Assembly: GCA_038087875.1 (NCBI GenBank)
Contig: CM075988.1
Span: forward strand, 24,926,001-24,986,000
Direction: 5' to 3'
From: Malacoraja senta
Taxonomy: Eukaryota
Length of the DNA: 60,000 nt
This document shows, one piece after another, positions 23,631 to 36,758 of this stretch. Position numbers and translations under genes: made by a program. The notes under the pieces are model-generated. The model saw only the letters and a list, made by a program, of their open reading frames with translations, did not search any database and was not told the origin of the DNA. Position 1 is the stretch's first letter. Each line of letters begins with the position of its first letter.

Positions 23631-24484
23631 GCTCCTTCCCAAATCCTTGTGCCCCCGGCTCTGCAACTAGGGAAAGAGAATAGGAACCAGATCCGGGAGC
23701 GTTCAGTGAACATGCAGGTATTTATAAGTAATGAGATTTTCAGACAATTGAGAGTGAGGCATCCTGTTTGCTTTTCTTATTTCCCTTCCTGCCTGGTTCC
23801 TGTGTCACTGAATGTCCAGCTATTGTTCGACAGTCGTTTGTCCCCCTTTGAATTCCTTTGAACTGACAGACCTGCAGAACTCCATTGTACGTTGGTCTTC
23901 CTCCATTAACCTCCCATCACTGCCAGGTAATCTGCAAATAACATTGCACAGCTCGCTCTACTAGTGCCTGGCTATGCACCCTGAGCCCCAGACACGTTTG
24001 GGTCAGCTTTGAGCAAGGTTGTACTTCTTCAGGCTGGGGTTTTGATCTGGTAGTGTGATGGGATCTTAGAAATAAATACTTGTCTCCTTTCGTCCCATCT
24101 GGACCGAGGATGGCTTGCATGGACACCAGTTCTGAATTGGGATCCATAAACAGTGCCACAGATGGGGGAGTGGACAGCCAGTATGGGAGGTGGTATGCTT
24201 CATTGACCATTTGCACTGGTCTTCTTTGTACTCCTGGCTAAGAGCCTCGGCCTAGATTCTCAGTGGCATCCTGGATATTCCTTTCCCATTTGGAGTGGAC
24301 ATGACTCAAGATTCACAAAGTCAATGAGAATGTAACATTTTTTCAAGGGTTTCAGAAGATCCTTCATTGGTTTCTTCACTCGTCCTGTCATCTGCTGATG
24401 TAATTGGGTCTCATTTCTGAGGATATTAGCCTGAGAAGGGATGCTGATGTCAATTCACCTATCCTGCTGCGGGATTTCATCAGT

Positions 24485-24850
24485 TCTGGGAGCAGAATTA
24501 GGCCATTCGGCCCATTAAAGGTCTACTCTGTCATTCAATCAAGGCTGATCTATCTTTCCCTCGCAACCCCATTCTCCTGTCTTCTCCCCATAACTCGGAC
24601 ACCTGGACCAATCTAAAATCTGTCAATCTCCGCCTTAAAAGTATCTATTGCCGGCCTCTGTGGTGATGAATTCCACATTCACCGCCTACTGACTAAAGAA
24701 ATTCCTCCTTATCTCCTTTCTAAAGGTACATCCTTTTATTCTGAGGCTGTGGCCTCTGGTCCTAGACTCTCCCACTAGTGGAGACATCTTCTCTGCATTC
24801 ACTCTATCCAGGCCTTTCACTATTTGGTAAGTTTCAATGAGGTCCCCTCT
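24485..24850 (-). mobile_element. CR1 3' fragment
   Basis: ggccattcggccc tail region; gcctctggtcctagactctccc (GESRTRGH). Confidence 0.8.
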
Positions 24851-25299
24851 CATGAAAAGATATTGTGAAGACAGTTTTGAAGTTGCCTCTCCATTAATTT
24901 AGAGTGCCAAACGTCCACTTCCCTGAAGTGCACAATAGGCAGGCATGAATCACTAATGCAACGTAAACACAAAGCTATTTGGACACTCGTCCTCAGTGGG
25001 GTGAAAAATCATGCTGGTACACTGGTGGTGATGGTGAATTTCATATTGATGTTGGCTTTTACTGAGAGGCAGCTCATGGAAGCTGATCCATCTTTGGGTA
25101 AGTGTTGTGTAAGGAGGCTGGGGTTGGTAAAAGACCATTGCTTGGCACATGTATTGTGCAAGGCTCATTCTTTCATTTGCTTCACTGGATAAGTTAGCAT
25201 CAATGGAGTTCAGCCTATGAATGTACATATCTGCAAGGGCCATCTGGATTCCGCAGCTTAATTTACTGAGGTTGGAGTGACCTTTAGGTTTTGTATGAA

Positions 25300-25955
25300 T
25301 AAGAATAAAAAGGAGTAAGCCATTTGGAACGGAGACGAGGAAACACTTTTTCTCACAGAGAGTGGTGAGTCAGTGGAATTCTCTGCCTCAGAGGGCGGTG
25401 GAGGCAGGTTCTCTGGATGCTTTCAAGAGAGAGCTAGATAGGGCTCTTAAAAATAGCAGAGTCAGGGGATATGGGGAGAAGGCAAGAACGGGGTACTGAT
25501 TGGGGATGATCATCCATGATCACATTGAATGGCGGTGCTGGCTCGAAGGGCCGAATGGCCTGCTCCTGCACCTATTGTCTATTGTCTATTGTATGTTAAA
25601 CAATTGCTTAGAGTCATAGTTATACGGAACAAAAACAGGCCATTCAGCCCAACTTGTGCATGCCGACCAAGATGCCCCATCTACGCTGGTCCCACCTGCC
25701 CGCAGTTGGCCCATATCCCTCTAAACCTTTTCTATCCACATACCTGTCCAAATATGTTTTAAATGTTGTTATAGTACCTGGCCCTCTACCTCTACTGGCA
25801 ACTTATTCCATATACACACCGCCCTCTGTGTGGAAAAAGTTGCCCCTCGGGTTGCTATTAATTTTTCCCCCTCTTACCTTAACTCTATGTCCTCTAGTTG
25901 TTGATTCCCCTTTTCTGGTTAAAAGAACAATAGTGCATTCACCCTATCCATTCCC
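25300..25955. mobile_element. Tail-to-tail CR1 3' fragments (25300-25590 +, 25610-25955 -)
   Basis: (ATTGTCT)n tail at ~25575; second subfamily begins tagagtcatag. Confidence 0.85.
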
Positions 25956-26249
25956 CAAATTGCTTATTCATCTTGTCGATTAGCATCACTCCAGCAAGAG
26001 GCTTGTTGGACGTAAGGTGCAATATTGCAGAGAGAAAGATTGAGACATTGCTGGAATCCTGACTCAGCTGTGTTTGAGGCCCCCATCTACATTGGGATCA
26101 TGTCAGCTGTTACACATCACACACACAAAATAGCGACAAACCTCAGAGGGCAGACAATTTAGAGGAAGAATGTCCACAATCCTTCTCAGTTATCAGATTC
26201 AAAGGCTTTAGAAAGATCCAAATGAGACGTATTGTGGTTGACATTAAGA

Positions 26250-26596
26250 GTTTAGTTTAGAGATAGATTGTGAAAACAGGCCCTTCGGCCCACTGGTCCA
26301 TGCCAACCATCGATAACCTGTATACTAATGCTATGTTATCCCACTTCCCCATCCTACACACTAGGGGAAATTTACAGAAGCCAATTTACCTACAAAACTG
26401 CACATCTTTGGAGGGTTTAAGAAGGAACTGCAGATGCTGGAAAAATCTAAGGTAGACAAAAATGCTGGAGAAACCTAGTGGGTGAGGCAGCATCTATGGA
26501 GCGAAGGAATAGGTGATGTTTCGGGTCGTTCCTTCACTCCATAGATGTTGCCTCACCCGCTGAGTTTCTCCAGCATTTTTGTCCATCTTTGGAGGG
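26250..26596 (-). mobile_element. HE1 3' part with inserted inverted pLTR dimer (26415-26583)
   Basis: TSD catctttggaggg at 26403-26415 and 26584-26596. Confidence 0.85.
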
Positions 26597-27261
26597 AATC
26601 TATTGCATGTTTCATGCATTTTACACGTTTTTGTTAAGTGGTGTGAACCATGTGCACGTTGCCTCTTGTTGGATAGAATCCACACTTCAATATGGGGAAA
26701 GCTTGTTGGCCACATACTGTAAGTGGCCATGAAGGATTTTTGCAATGAATTATTCATGCAGGCGCCATATACCTTTGTAGTCATCTCAATTGGGTCTGTC
26801 TCCTTTCATGAAGGTGGTCACAATTAGTGTGCCTCTGAGTTTGTCTCGTATATCTCCTCTACAGAATGAGGTTGTGACTTTGTTCCTGCAGTTTCTCTTT
26901 ACCAAGTTTTGGAACTTCACTAGGAATGCCTTCTGCTCCTTATTCATTGTCTTTAACGGTTTTATTTTTCCTTTGAATCATGCTTCCAATCCATGAATTA
27001 GCTTCAGGACTTCCTGCCTATTCACATCAACCAGGTCCTGGTATTTTCTGCTGGACATGCTAATAATCTTTCAGAAATAAAAAATTACGCCGAACTTCCA
27101 GGCACTTTGGACAAACTGCATTCCCGTTGGTCGGGAGTTGTTGTGTTGCTTCTGAGCGTCTACCTGGGAAGAGCTTTCTTCGTGGAGTCAAGCATGGTGT
27201 TTATTCTCGTAACGATATCTTTGCTGCTGCTATTGCTTTGGGACCAAGATGTTAGAAGATG

Positions 27262-27825
27262 TTAGATGTTGGGGGAGTCCAGAACCAGGGGCCACAGTTT
27301 AAGAATAAGGAGTAAGCCATTTAGAACGGAGACGAGGAAACACTTTTTCTCACAGAGAGTGGTGAGTGTGTAATTCTCTGCCTCAGAGGGCGGTGGAGGC
27401 AAGTTCTCTGGATGCTTTCAAGAGAGAACCAGGTAGGGCTCTTAAAAATAGCGGAGTCAGGGGATATGGGGAGAAGCAGGAACGGGGTACTGATTGGGGA
27501 TGATCAGCCATGATCACATTGAATAATCACATGGAAGGGCCAAATGGCCTACTCCTGCACCTATTGTCTATTGTCTATTGAAAAATGGGCAGCGCAGTGG
27601 CCCAGCATGGGTGACCCTGTGACCACATGGGGTTTCTCCAGGTTCTGCGGTTTCCTCCCACACTCCAAAGATGTGCAGGTTTGTAGCTTAATTGGCTTTG
27701 CTAAAATAGTAAATTGTCCCTAGTGTGTGTAGGATTATGCTAGTGTACGGGGTGATCACTGCTCAGCGCGGACTCGGTGGGCCGAAGGGCCTGTTTCTGC
27801 GCTGTGTCTCTAACATCTAAACAGA
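27262..27825 (+). mobile_element. Young CR1 3' end (27262-27580) followed by HE1 SINE (27587-27825)
   Basis: ggggagtccagaaccaggggccacag...ctattgtctattg; HE1 V-domain and tail. Confidence 0.85.
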
Positions 27826-28416
27826 GTATATTAAGAAGGGGACAGTCCAGTAGTTATGGGTCCCTGTCCTGATACAGATGATGCAAACATCCTTGAGGTC
27901 TGCCACTCAGACAAAGACAGAATCAATAAAGCGACTGGCTGGGTTGGGGAGGGTGTTGCCGCAAGAATTTGTGCTTGCCTCTCTGATGAAACGGGGTGGT
28001 TATCACAACACGGTGTTCCAAGCATTCTGTGTGGAGGGCTCCATTGGAGGAGTAGCTTTGTTCTATCAGGCCAAGGTGTTCTCAAGATCAAGAGTTGAAA
28101 TTCTGTTTGGCTTCATCTGTCGTTTCCAGGGTGGGATGTACGAGATGATCGCACCACACTGAGTGCATGACAGAAAGAAATGACGGGTCTTTGGACCTGG
28201 GTGGGGTTCAAGTTAACCTGGTCATTTGGGTTTGGTCAATTATGTCGCCAAGCTGTCCTCTACATTCTCCCTTTCAGTACACTTGCTTCATTTTATCCCC
28301 GAGCTGCTGGCACGTACATGAACTAAAATGAATTATAATATGGCCTTATTTAGTTTCATGGTCATTCATGAACTTAGTGCATCCCAAAATGCTTCACAGT
28401 CATTGTGATCACCGTA

Positions 28417-28848
<432 letters not shown>

Positions 28849-29259
28849 GCAAGCTCCTACAAATGAAAGAATGATCATCATCAAATAACCCATTGAAGTC
28901 ATTTTGGGTGAAGGGGCAAAGATATGTCAGCACACCTTGCTGTTCTCTGATTTGGTACCAAAGGGCTTTTTACATCCACGAGAACAGATGGGGGCTTTGA
29001 TGTAACTCCTTATTGAAAATATGACTCCTCTGGCTGCTCAATGCCCTTCAGAAGTATTTAATTTTGTTAGGATGTCAAACTAGAGGTTTTATCCCACGAC
29101 TCCTCACTGCCAACTGCACTGCCCCATAATCTTCCCTGTTGCACAGGAGCTATGATTTCTTTGTCATCATGGATCCTGAATGCCATGATCGGTTCCTGTT
29201 ACCTCATGGCCAAGTTCTCAACTTTACAGCTCCCCTCTCTCTCTAAAACTTTCCTGAAT

Positions 29260-29410
29260 CTGTTTAAGAAACAGTTAGACACGTACATGGATAGGACAGG
29301 TTTGGAGGGATATGGGCTAAATGCTGGCAGATGTGTAGCTGGGACACGTTGGTCGGTGTGGCAGGTTGGCCGACTGGCCTGTTTCGACACTGAATCACTC
29401 TATGATTCTA
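29260..29410 (+). mobile_element. CR1 3' end
   Basis: FKKQLDTYMDRTGLEGYG; tail ctctatgattctat. Confidence 0.8.
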
Positions 29411-30874
29411 TACCCTGCAATATCTTTAAAGCTAGAAAATAAATGTTCCAAGAGAATAAGAGAAATTCATAAATGTTGTTTAAAATCAGCCTTGTTTTTT
29501 TTTCTTCTCAGCATTATTTGCATGACTGACTGGGAGATTAATCTTTAATTCCAGGTGACTCTGGGTCACGTCAGCGGGAGAGGCGGCTCCACAGGATAGC
29601 TCGTGATCAGGGTGAATCAGACGATATCAAGCACTTGCTACGATGACCCTGCCTGTTTCTGCTCAGAACACTTTCCCATCTGCCAGGTGAGAGGAGCTGA
29701 TTTCTATTTGACGGCTTCACTTTGAAGCATTCACTCGGGAGCAGTGATGAAGTTCAGGCTGGTATTTCTGCACACTGCAATGTATTACTCTAAGCAGGGA
29801 GTCAGAAAATGATCTCTGCTCTCTACAAGAGGCCAAAAAGTCATTTCATTTATTAGGTTTTTTTTCCAAAAAGGCTAAAAATACAGCTGTCACTGGAGCA
29901 ATTTGGCCTCTCTGCTAATGGTGATCTACAGTCCCTGGGCAACATAGTCTAAGGATATAATGAACAGCAGACTTTGCCAGCAGTATGCATTGATGTTATT
30001 TATTAGTTTTCCCAAATCTTAAAAACCACAGAACCGCCCCCACTCTCATTCCATCACTGCAGTAATGATGATATATAGCCAACCTGAACCTGCATTGTAA
30101 GTACAGTTTATGCATAAAACATAACAAGCCCATCGCTGAGGCAGCTTCCCCTTAACAGCCGCCACTCCTGTACATTCCTGGGCTGAATGCGTGGAATAGC
30201 TTGTTCTCTGGAACGCAGGCTGCTTCATTTTCGGTGCATTTCAGATTCCTCTGAATCTTTGTCCCTCGAGCTTCCTCTGTTCAAAATACATCGGATGCAT
30301 TGTAGTTATGGAAAGAGAAAGTAAAATATAGACTGGATATTGAGTGGTGGAACTAGCTAAAATGGCCTCCTATACCATCCCATGTTTTTACTCCTTCCTG
30401 CGTCTACACTCTGCCCCGGGCTGCAAACAATTAACATCCACTTCTTCCTCTGTGGGGAAAAATAACAGACCAAGTACCTTTCTAGAGAGAGTTGAGTGCA
30501 CAATCCAGCCGGATACTCCTGGTGCAGTTCAGTTACAGTTCCAAATTTCCCACGTGGCCTTAAACAAGGACCCATCACTCCATTAACTGAATGTAAATGT
30601 TCTGAAGGAAAACTAGAGAGCTTATGATACCTACCAACCCTCAACAGCAGACCTATCATCATTCCTTTGAAATTTGTTCATCCTTTTACTGTGCTTAAAC
30701 CAGCAGCGACGACTTCCCACAACAGTAACCACACTTCAGTAGATATCTGGGTAGCATTCTGAGACCATGAGAGGTTTACAATTAGATGTGCAGTCCCTTT
30801 TCTTGAGGTGCAAATGAAATGCTTGTGACAGTTTGTTGCGTTTAGGATGCTACATAAATGCAAGTAGTCTTTTA

Positions 30875-31205
30875 AAGCCCTGTCCCACGGTACGAGTTCA
30901 TTCCAAGAGCTCTCCCGAGTTTGCCCTGATTCGAACTCGGAGATTTACGGTAATGGCCGCTCGTCGGTACTCGGGGCTCTCGTGGACATTTTTCAACATG
31001 TTGAAAAATCTTCACGAGTCTTCCCGTGCTTACCTGCCGTTAGCGAGTCTTCCCGAGTACCTGCCGTTAGCGTTACGAGCCGCTAAGAGACGTCCCCCGA
31101 GCTCCGACGTACCCGCTACGTTCATTCTCCGTGCTTACCACGATTTTGATTTTTTTTAAACTCGGGAGAGCTCTTGGAATGAACTTGTACCGTGGGACAG
31201 GGCTA
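30875..31205. mobile_element. PIF/Harbinger-type MITE, young
   Basis: 47-bp TIRs (30876-30922 / 31158-31204, 1 mismatch), TTA on both sides, CpGs retained. Confidence 0.88.
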
Positions 31206-31214
31206 TTACTCTGA

Positions 31215-31400
31215 AGAAACAAAAGAACTGCAGATGCTGGTTAATACACCAAAACAAAGTGTGTCCGTTGGTGTCTTAAGGGGAGTAACTCAGCACTTCA
31301 GACATCTGAAGAAGGGTCTCGTCCCAAACCATTGACCTGTCCATGTTCCCCAGTTATGGCAGCCTGAATCGTTGAGTTATTCCAGCCCTTTGTGCCCTTT
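31215..31400. mobile_element. Diverged inverted pLTR element
   Basis: gaactgcagatgctgg ... ctgaagaagggtctcgtccc ... tgagttattccagc. Confidence 0.7.
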
Positions 31401-32025
31401 AGTCTTTTACCATGATGGGATCTCCAAACTCAATTGTCACAGCTAGATACAAGGAGAGCCTGTAAATTAGCACAATTGCACCGAGCATTAAACTCTCTGA
31501 GAATTTAGTTAACTTCAATCACAACAGAAAACACGGTTTGTTGAAGCATAATTACCAGATTGGGTTTCTAGCAAACAGATCCGACCTCGAGGCTTTGAAA
31601 AGCCTGTGTTGTAGTGAAAGGTCTCTTCAGAAGAGGCGGTTACAGTTACATAGCACAGCTCGTGTGAGAACAATTGCCGACATCAGATCCTTGGACGAGC
31701 TCCGATTTCAGAAAGTGGACTACAAGGGGACCCTCCTGAATTCCAAAACCTCCGAGTAGAAATATGCAGGAGCTACTGTGTGGGTATAATTGGGATCCTT
31801 TCAGCTTTCTGATTTAACTACTGTAACTTCAGATTTGAGATTTATTTTCTTCCCCTGCCTGTCCTGTATCCTCCCCTGAAGGTGCTCCTTGCTGGAGCTC
31901 CACCAGAACCAACCACGCTACCTGAGGATGCACCATAAACCCATTCCTTCAGTAACTTAGCAATTTCAACAGCACCTCCTGAAACCTCAAGCATCACTGT
32001 CAGGGTGTGAAAACAGAATCTGTTA

Positions 32026-32198
32026 TGGGGCCTGTCCCACTTAGGCGACTGCCAGGGACAAGTTTTATGGAATTCACCTACGACAACCTACGACAGCAAA
32101 AATTGTCACCACTGCCGCGGAAAATTTATCAACATGTTGAAAATTTTGCGGCAGTCGCCTGTAGTCGCCCAAAAAATCGCCCAAGAGGGACAGGCACC
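32026..32198. mobile_element. PIF/Harbinger-type MITE (short)
   Basis: gggcctgtcccacttaggcga ... tcgcccaagagggacaggc; preceded by TTA. Confidence 0.75.
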
Positions 32199-33041
32199 AA
32201 TTTTTTGAAGTGTCAAATCATCCTAACTTGGGAATAGCAGAGGCAACTACACTGATATCATCCGCACTCCCCCCCCCCAATCCCCCATTCATTTCCAGAC
32301 AGAATGCATTGGATCGCTTCAAAATGCTGGAGTAACTCAGCAGGACAGAGGCGGCGTCTCTGGATAGAAGGAATGGGTGACGTTTTGGGTCGAGACCCTT
32401 CTGATCTCCAGTTGTGAAGCTTTTCTCTAGCCTTGACTTATTCTTTATCTATTAATTCCCTGGTTCAGGTCAAGTTTGGTTTGCTACTGCCCATGTGAAG
32501 TGTCTGGTGATGTCAAGGTTTCTGCTTTATAATAATTGCAAGTTGTTGTTGATTGTAGCACATAAATAGTTGAATGACTAAATTCGGAATCAACCAGTAA
32601 TTGTGAGTATTCGGTGACAGTGCCGGATATGAGATGTATCAAATTAAATGAGCATGGTGCTAAGGTGCTCTTTTCCTCTCCGATTTTTAATCTCCATAAG
32701 CCGTTCTAAATGCCGATCTGTGAATGAAACTGTGTGACCTAGTCGGCTGTTTGTAATCAGTATTTGCCTGCCTTGTAGAACAAAGCTGTTTTATAAATTC
32801 TCCCTCCTTACCCCCTTGTTGGCTACTCTGCCAAGGTATCATATTCAAAGTGTAAGCAACAAAGCTTTCTCCTTGTGGGCACCACTCTCTGTCTGACTGG
32901 TCGGTCAGCTCCTCGAGCTTGTTCACGGCCCAGGTTACGAGCCAAGTTCACAATACCTTGCTTTCAACCAGAGCTTGATTTCAGCCATTCTCACAGCGGA
33001 AAGTACTGTAGTTGGCAGACAGACTCCATAGAGAGTATATA

Positions 33042-33187
33042 TGCAGATGCTGGTTTATACTGAAGATAGACACAAAACGCTGGAATAACTCAGCAGGTCA
33101 GACAGCATCTCTGGAGAAAAGGAATAGGTGATATTTCGGGTCGAGTCTGAAGAAGGGTCTCGACCTATTTCCTTTTCTCCAGAGATC
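33042..33187. mobile_element. Inverted pLTR element (partial copy also at 32320-32403, minus)
   Basis: Degenerate TSD ccata(g/a)agagt(a/g)ta. Confidence 0.8.
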
Positions 33188-33477
33188 CCATAAAGAGTGT
33201 ACAATGGCCATAGACAATGCTTAATGAAACTTTTCCTAATTAATTTATTTTCATTAGATCCCCATATTATTTTATCCTTGGAAGAAAGAATTTAATTTCT
33301 GTGATACCCATGATAACTTTTGATCACCTCAAAGCATTTCACTGTCAATGAAATAGAATAAGATTTAGACCCAACTAACTTCCACAAACAAGTCGATAAC
33401 AACTAACTAATCTGACATTTTATTTCAGTAATGGTTGAGGAATAAATAAATGGGCCAGCCAGATTTGAGTGGGTATA

Positions 33478-34078
33478 ATAATAATAATAATACATTTTAT
33501 TTATGGGCACCTTTCAAGTCTCAAGGACACCTTACAGATTTTACAATAGAAACATGTAAGCGGAATGAAATAAATAGTAAAGACATCGCAAGTACACAAA
33601 TTAAAAACAGAATTCAATCCGAACACAAAAATCAAAAACACAGTATGGAAGAGAGAGCAGGGCCTGCTAATACGCGCCAGCGTCCACTCACCCTTCCGGC
33701 AGCCATCTTGGACACAAAGTAAAACAATCAATTAACATTTACACACAGAAATCATCCCCCACAATGATTACCACTGTAGGGGGAAGGCACAATGTCCAGT
33801 CCCCAACCCCAGTTCTCCCAAAGACGGCATATTGAGGCCTCCACAGTTGCCTCTACGGAGGCCCGATGTTCCTGGCCGTTCTGGCCGGGTGCAGTTGCCC
33901 CGGTGTCGGGAGAGTCCTCGCAGCGGCTGGAACGGCCGATCTCCTATTGGAGTCCGTGGCACCTGAAGCCAAACAAGGCCGCGCCGATTTGGAGCTCAGA
34001 GGCTCCCGCTGTTGGAGTCGACGCCGCCGCCCGCGGGCTGGCCGCTCCACAGTCCCGCAGCCCGGAGGTGTTGAGCTC
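33478..34078 (-). mobile_element. Composite GC-rich retroposon with L2-type tail
   Basis: TSD gggtata at 33471-33477 and 34079-34085; minus-strand tail aaggtgtccttgagacttgaaaggtgcccataaataaaatg(tat)n. Confidence 0.65.
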
Positions 34079-34122
34079 GGGTATAGTGCAGTTAACTCTT
34101 AAAATAGTGCTCAGGTGATCTT

Positions 34123-34376
34123 TGTGTAGGAAAGAAGGGTCTCGACCCGAAACGTCACCCATTCCTTCTCTCCACAGATGCTGCCTGTCCCACTGAGTTA
34201 CTCCAGCATTTTGTGTCTACCTTCCATTTAAACCAGCATCTGCAGTTCTTTATTACACAAGGAACTGCAGATGCTGGTTTACGCCGAAGATAGACACAAA
34301 ATGCTGGAGTAACTCAGCGGGACAGGCAGCATCTGTGGAGAGAAGGAATGGGTGACGTTTCGGGTCGAGACCCTTC
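34123..34376. mobile_element. pLTR element nested in the terminus of another pLTR element
   Basis: tgtgtagga | plus-strand monomer | aaggaactgcag... minus-strand monomer. Confidence 0.8.
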
Positions 34377-34985
34377 TCATCTCTCACTTCTAAACTGTTG
34401 GCCCCTTAGTTTAGCTTCTAATTTGAAAGACGTAACCTCCAGCAGAACAGACAGCGTGCCAGGATAGACTGCGGAATGACCATGGCCTTCCGACTGGAAG
34501 GCGGTGTGTAATCCACAGAGTCTTGATTGGCAATAACAATTATTGACATCAGTGCGTCCCTGTCTACATCTACATGTGCCAATGGAGGTACAAGTTATAA
34601 TTGTTACTCTCATATTTGATTTACTGTTTTTTGCCACTGGAGAGAAGATTGCAATCTGCTTACAAATCATCTCCGCCATTGCCTTCACGTTGTTGTATAG
34701 AAACTGGTCGCTGCAGTCTGCTCATTTATATGAGCTTCAAACATTGGGACCTGGACTGCTGTCAGTACTTCCCATAGTATTAACGACCCAATCTCTCCGC
34801 TGGTTTCATGTTCGACTGTGCCTTCCTGTGGATCTTTGTTTAATGACCAGTTCCGTTATAATGCAGTCCATGCCTATTTTATTCATATCGTTCTCAAAGC
34901 CATGGTTATGCTATTGCTAGTTAGGTATGAGGAGAGAAGTGAGTGACTGAATTTAACCTCACTGAGGACAAGCATGATCAACTCA

Positions 34986-35986
34986 TGGGCCTGTCCCACT
35001 TAGGCGACTTTTTAGGCGACTGCAGGAGACTATGCAGTCGCCACATTTTCTCACAGAGAGTGGTGAGTCTGTGGAATTCTCTGCCTCAGAGGGCGGTGGA
35101 GGCAGGTTCTCTGGATGCTTTCAAGAGAGAGCTAGATAGGGCTCTTAAAAATAGCAGAGTCAGGGGATATGGGGAGAAGGCAGGAACAGGGTACTGATTG
35201 GGGATGATCAGCCATGATCACATTGAATGGCGGTGCTGGCTCGAAGGGCCAAATGGCCTACTCCTGCACCTATTGTCTATTGTCTATTGTCTATTGTCAC
35301 ATGGTTGCCGGGGAGTCGCCTTCATGGTCGTGAGGAGTTCCCGCATTCTGGGAACCAGTCGTGGTCACATTATGGTCACTGTGAATTTTTCAACATGTTG
35401 AAAAATTAGCGGCGACTAGAATGAAGCCGCCATGGAGAGTAGCGAGAATTCTCGTGCTGTAGGTGGGTCGCCAGGAGGTCCTAATGGGTTGCCAGGAGGT
35501 CGAAGGATCTCAGAGGTTGTAGCTGGTGCTGACCGGTGATTTCATTGGCTCATTGGGGAAAAAAAAAGGTAAGCGGTAGTTTTCAGAACCAAGGATAACC
35601 GACCGGTAATGTTAATGTCCGCCGAGCTTCACAGCCGTTTATCTCTGGCTTCTTAAAAGTTGTCTCCACTCCTACTTCCCCCTTCTTCCCCCCCCCCCTC
35701 TTTTAAAGGACTTACTGTACACTGTGCTTTAGCCGTCTTTTTACAGCGGCAACCTTCCTGTTCATCGCGGTGTGTGTCTGTTTCACCTTGGCTTTGCACC
35801 ATGTGAATTTTTTAGACAGCGCTCCCCCCCGCTTGCCCTGTCCCCCGCCTGCATAACGGGCTGGTGAAGGAAGAGATGTGTTTGTTTGTTTGTGTGTGTG
35901 TGTGTGTGTGTGTGTTCCACTCTGACAGTCGCAACTTGACAGTCACCGGCAGTCCGCTGAAAAATCGCCTATGTGGGACAGGCCCA
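34986..35986. mobile_element. PIF/Harbinger-type non-autonomous element with nested young CR1 (35044-35297, +)
   Basis: TIRs tgggcctgtcccac(t/a)taggcga; flanks TCA/TAA; palindrome 35384-35407. Confidence 0.85.
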
Positions 35987-36064
35987 TAAGAAGGCTAAAT
36001 AGAAGGCTTGTGTCCGTAATAGTATAGTGTGGACATAGCTTTTTGAAGGAGGTTGAACAGGCAT

Positions 36065-36758
36065 CATCAAGGGGACTGTGGTGGAGAGGGCTGACAGTTA
36101 CAGATACCTGGGATTACAAGTAACATCAGATCTGAACTGGACTTTGAACACTGTGGCAACAGTGAAAAAAGCCCAGCAGAGACTGTACTTCATCAGGCTG
36201 CTCAGAAATGCTGGTCTGCACTGTCGCCCTCTCACCCAGGTCTACAAAGGATTGATCGAGAGCATCCTCACCACAGGCATCACGGTGTGGTATGGAAACA
36301 CCACACAGACAGAGAGGAAGGATCTGCAAAGAGTCATAAAGACTGCAGAGAGGATGATCAGAACGGAACTTCCCTCCATGGAAACAATCTACACACAGCG
36401 CTGTCAAAAAAAGAGCAGAGAGAATCATCAGAGACACACTACATCCAGCTCACTCCCTGCTCAAACACAAAACTGCACATACAACCTCGGGCACAGACGA
36501 GCGGACAGCATCGCCACAGACAGAACACGCTTTTTCAAGAGCTTCTTCCCTGCCACAGTGAGACTCTTGGCCAAAACAAAATGAACTGATGTCCTGACCC
36601 ACCTCATAACATATCACAGTATATGTGTTTATAGTTTATAGATTATGTGTTTTTCTGTGTCTTTTTAACTTGACTTGACTCTCTGAACAACCGCACAAGA
36701 GTTCCTATGTGTGTAAGCACAAATGGCAAATAAAGTTTTTGATTTGATTTGATTTGAT
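36065..36758 (+). mobile_element. Rex1/Babar-type LINE 3' portion
   Basis: ORF 36078-36584: VERADSYRYLG..DLNWTLNT..KKAQQRLYFIRLL..IESILTTGITVWYGN..LQRVIKTAERMI; AATAAA + (GATTT)n tail. Confidence 0.88.

Larger units (their letters stand above)
23950..28200 (-). mobile_element. Ancient RTE-clade LINE, heavily nested
   Basis: APE motifs PTLETTDEAKQNF and CLEHRVVITTPFHQRGKHK..QHP (~27950-28140); LRGTLIVTTFMKGD (~26800); VFYQPQPP..EIHHHHQCTS (~25000-25140). Confidence 0.7.

Noticed and set aside
33744..33810. Possible HDV-like ribozyme in the shared core (minus strand)
   Set aside because: Could not build a full P1 helix or J4/2 strand by eye
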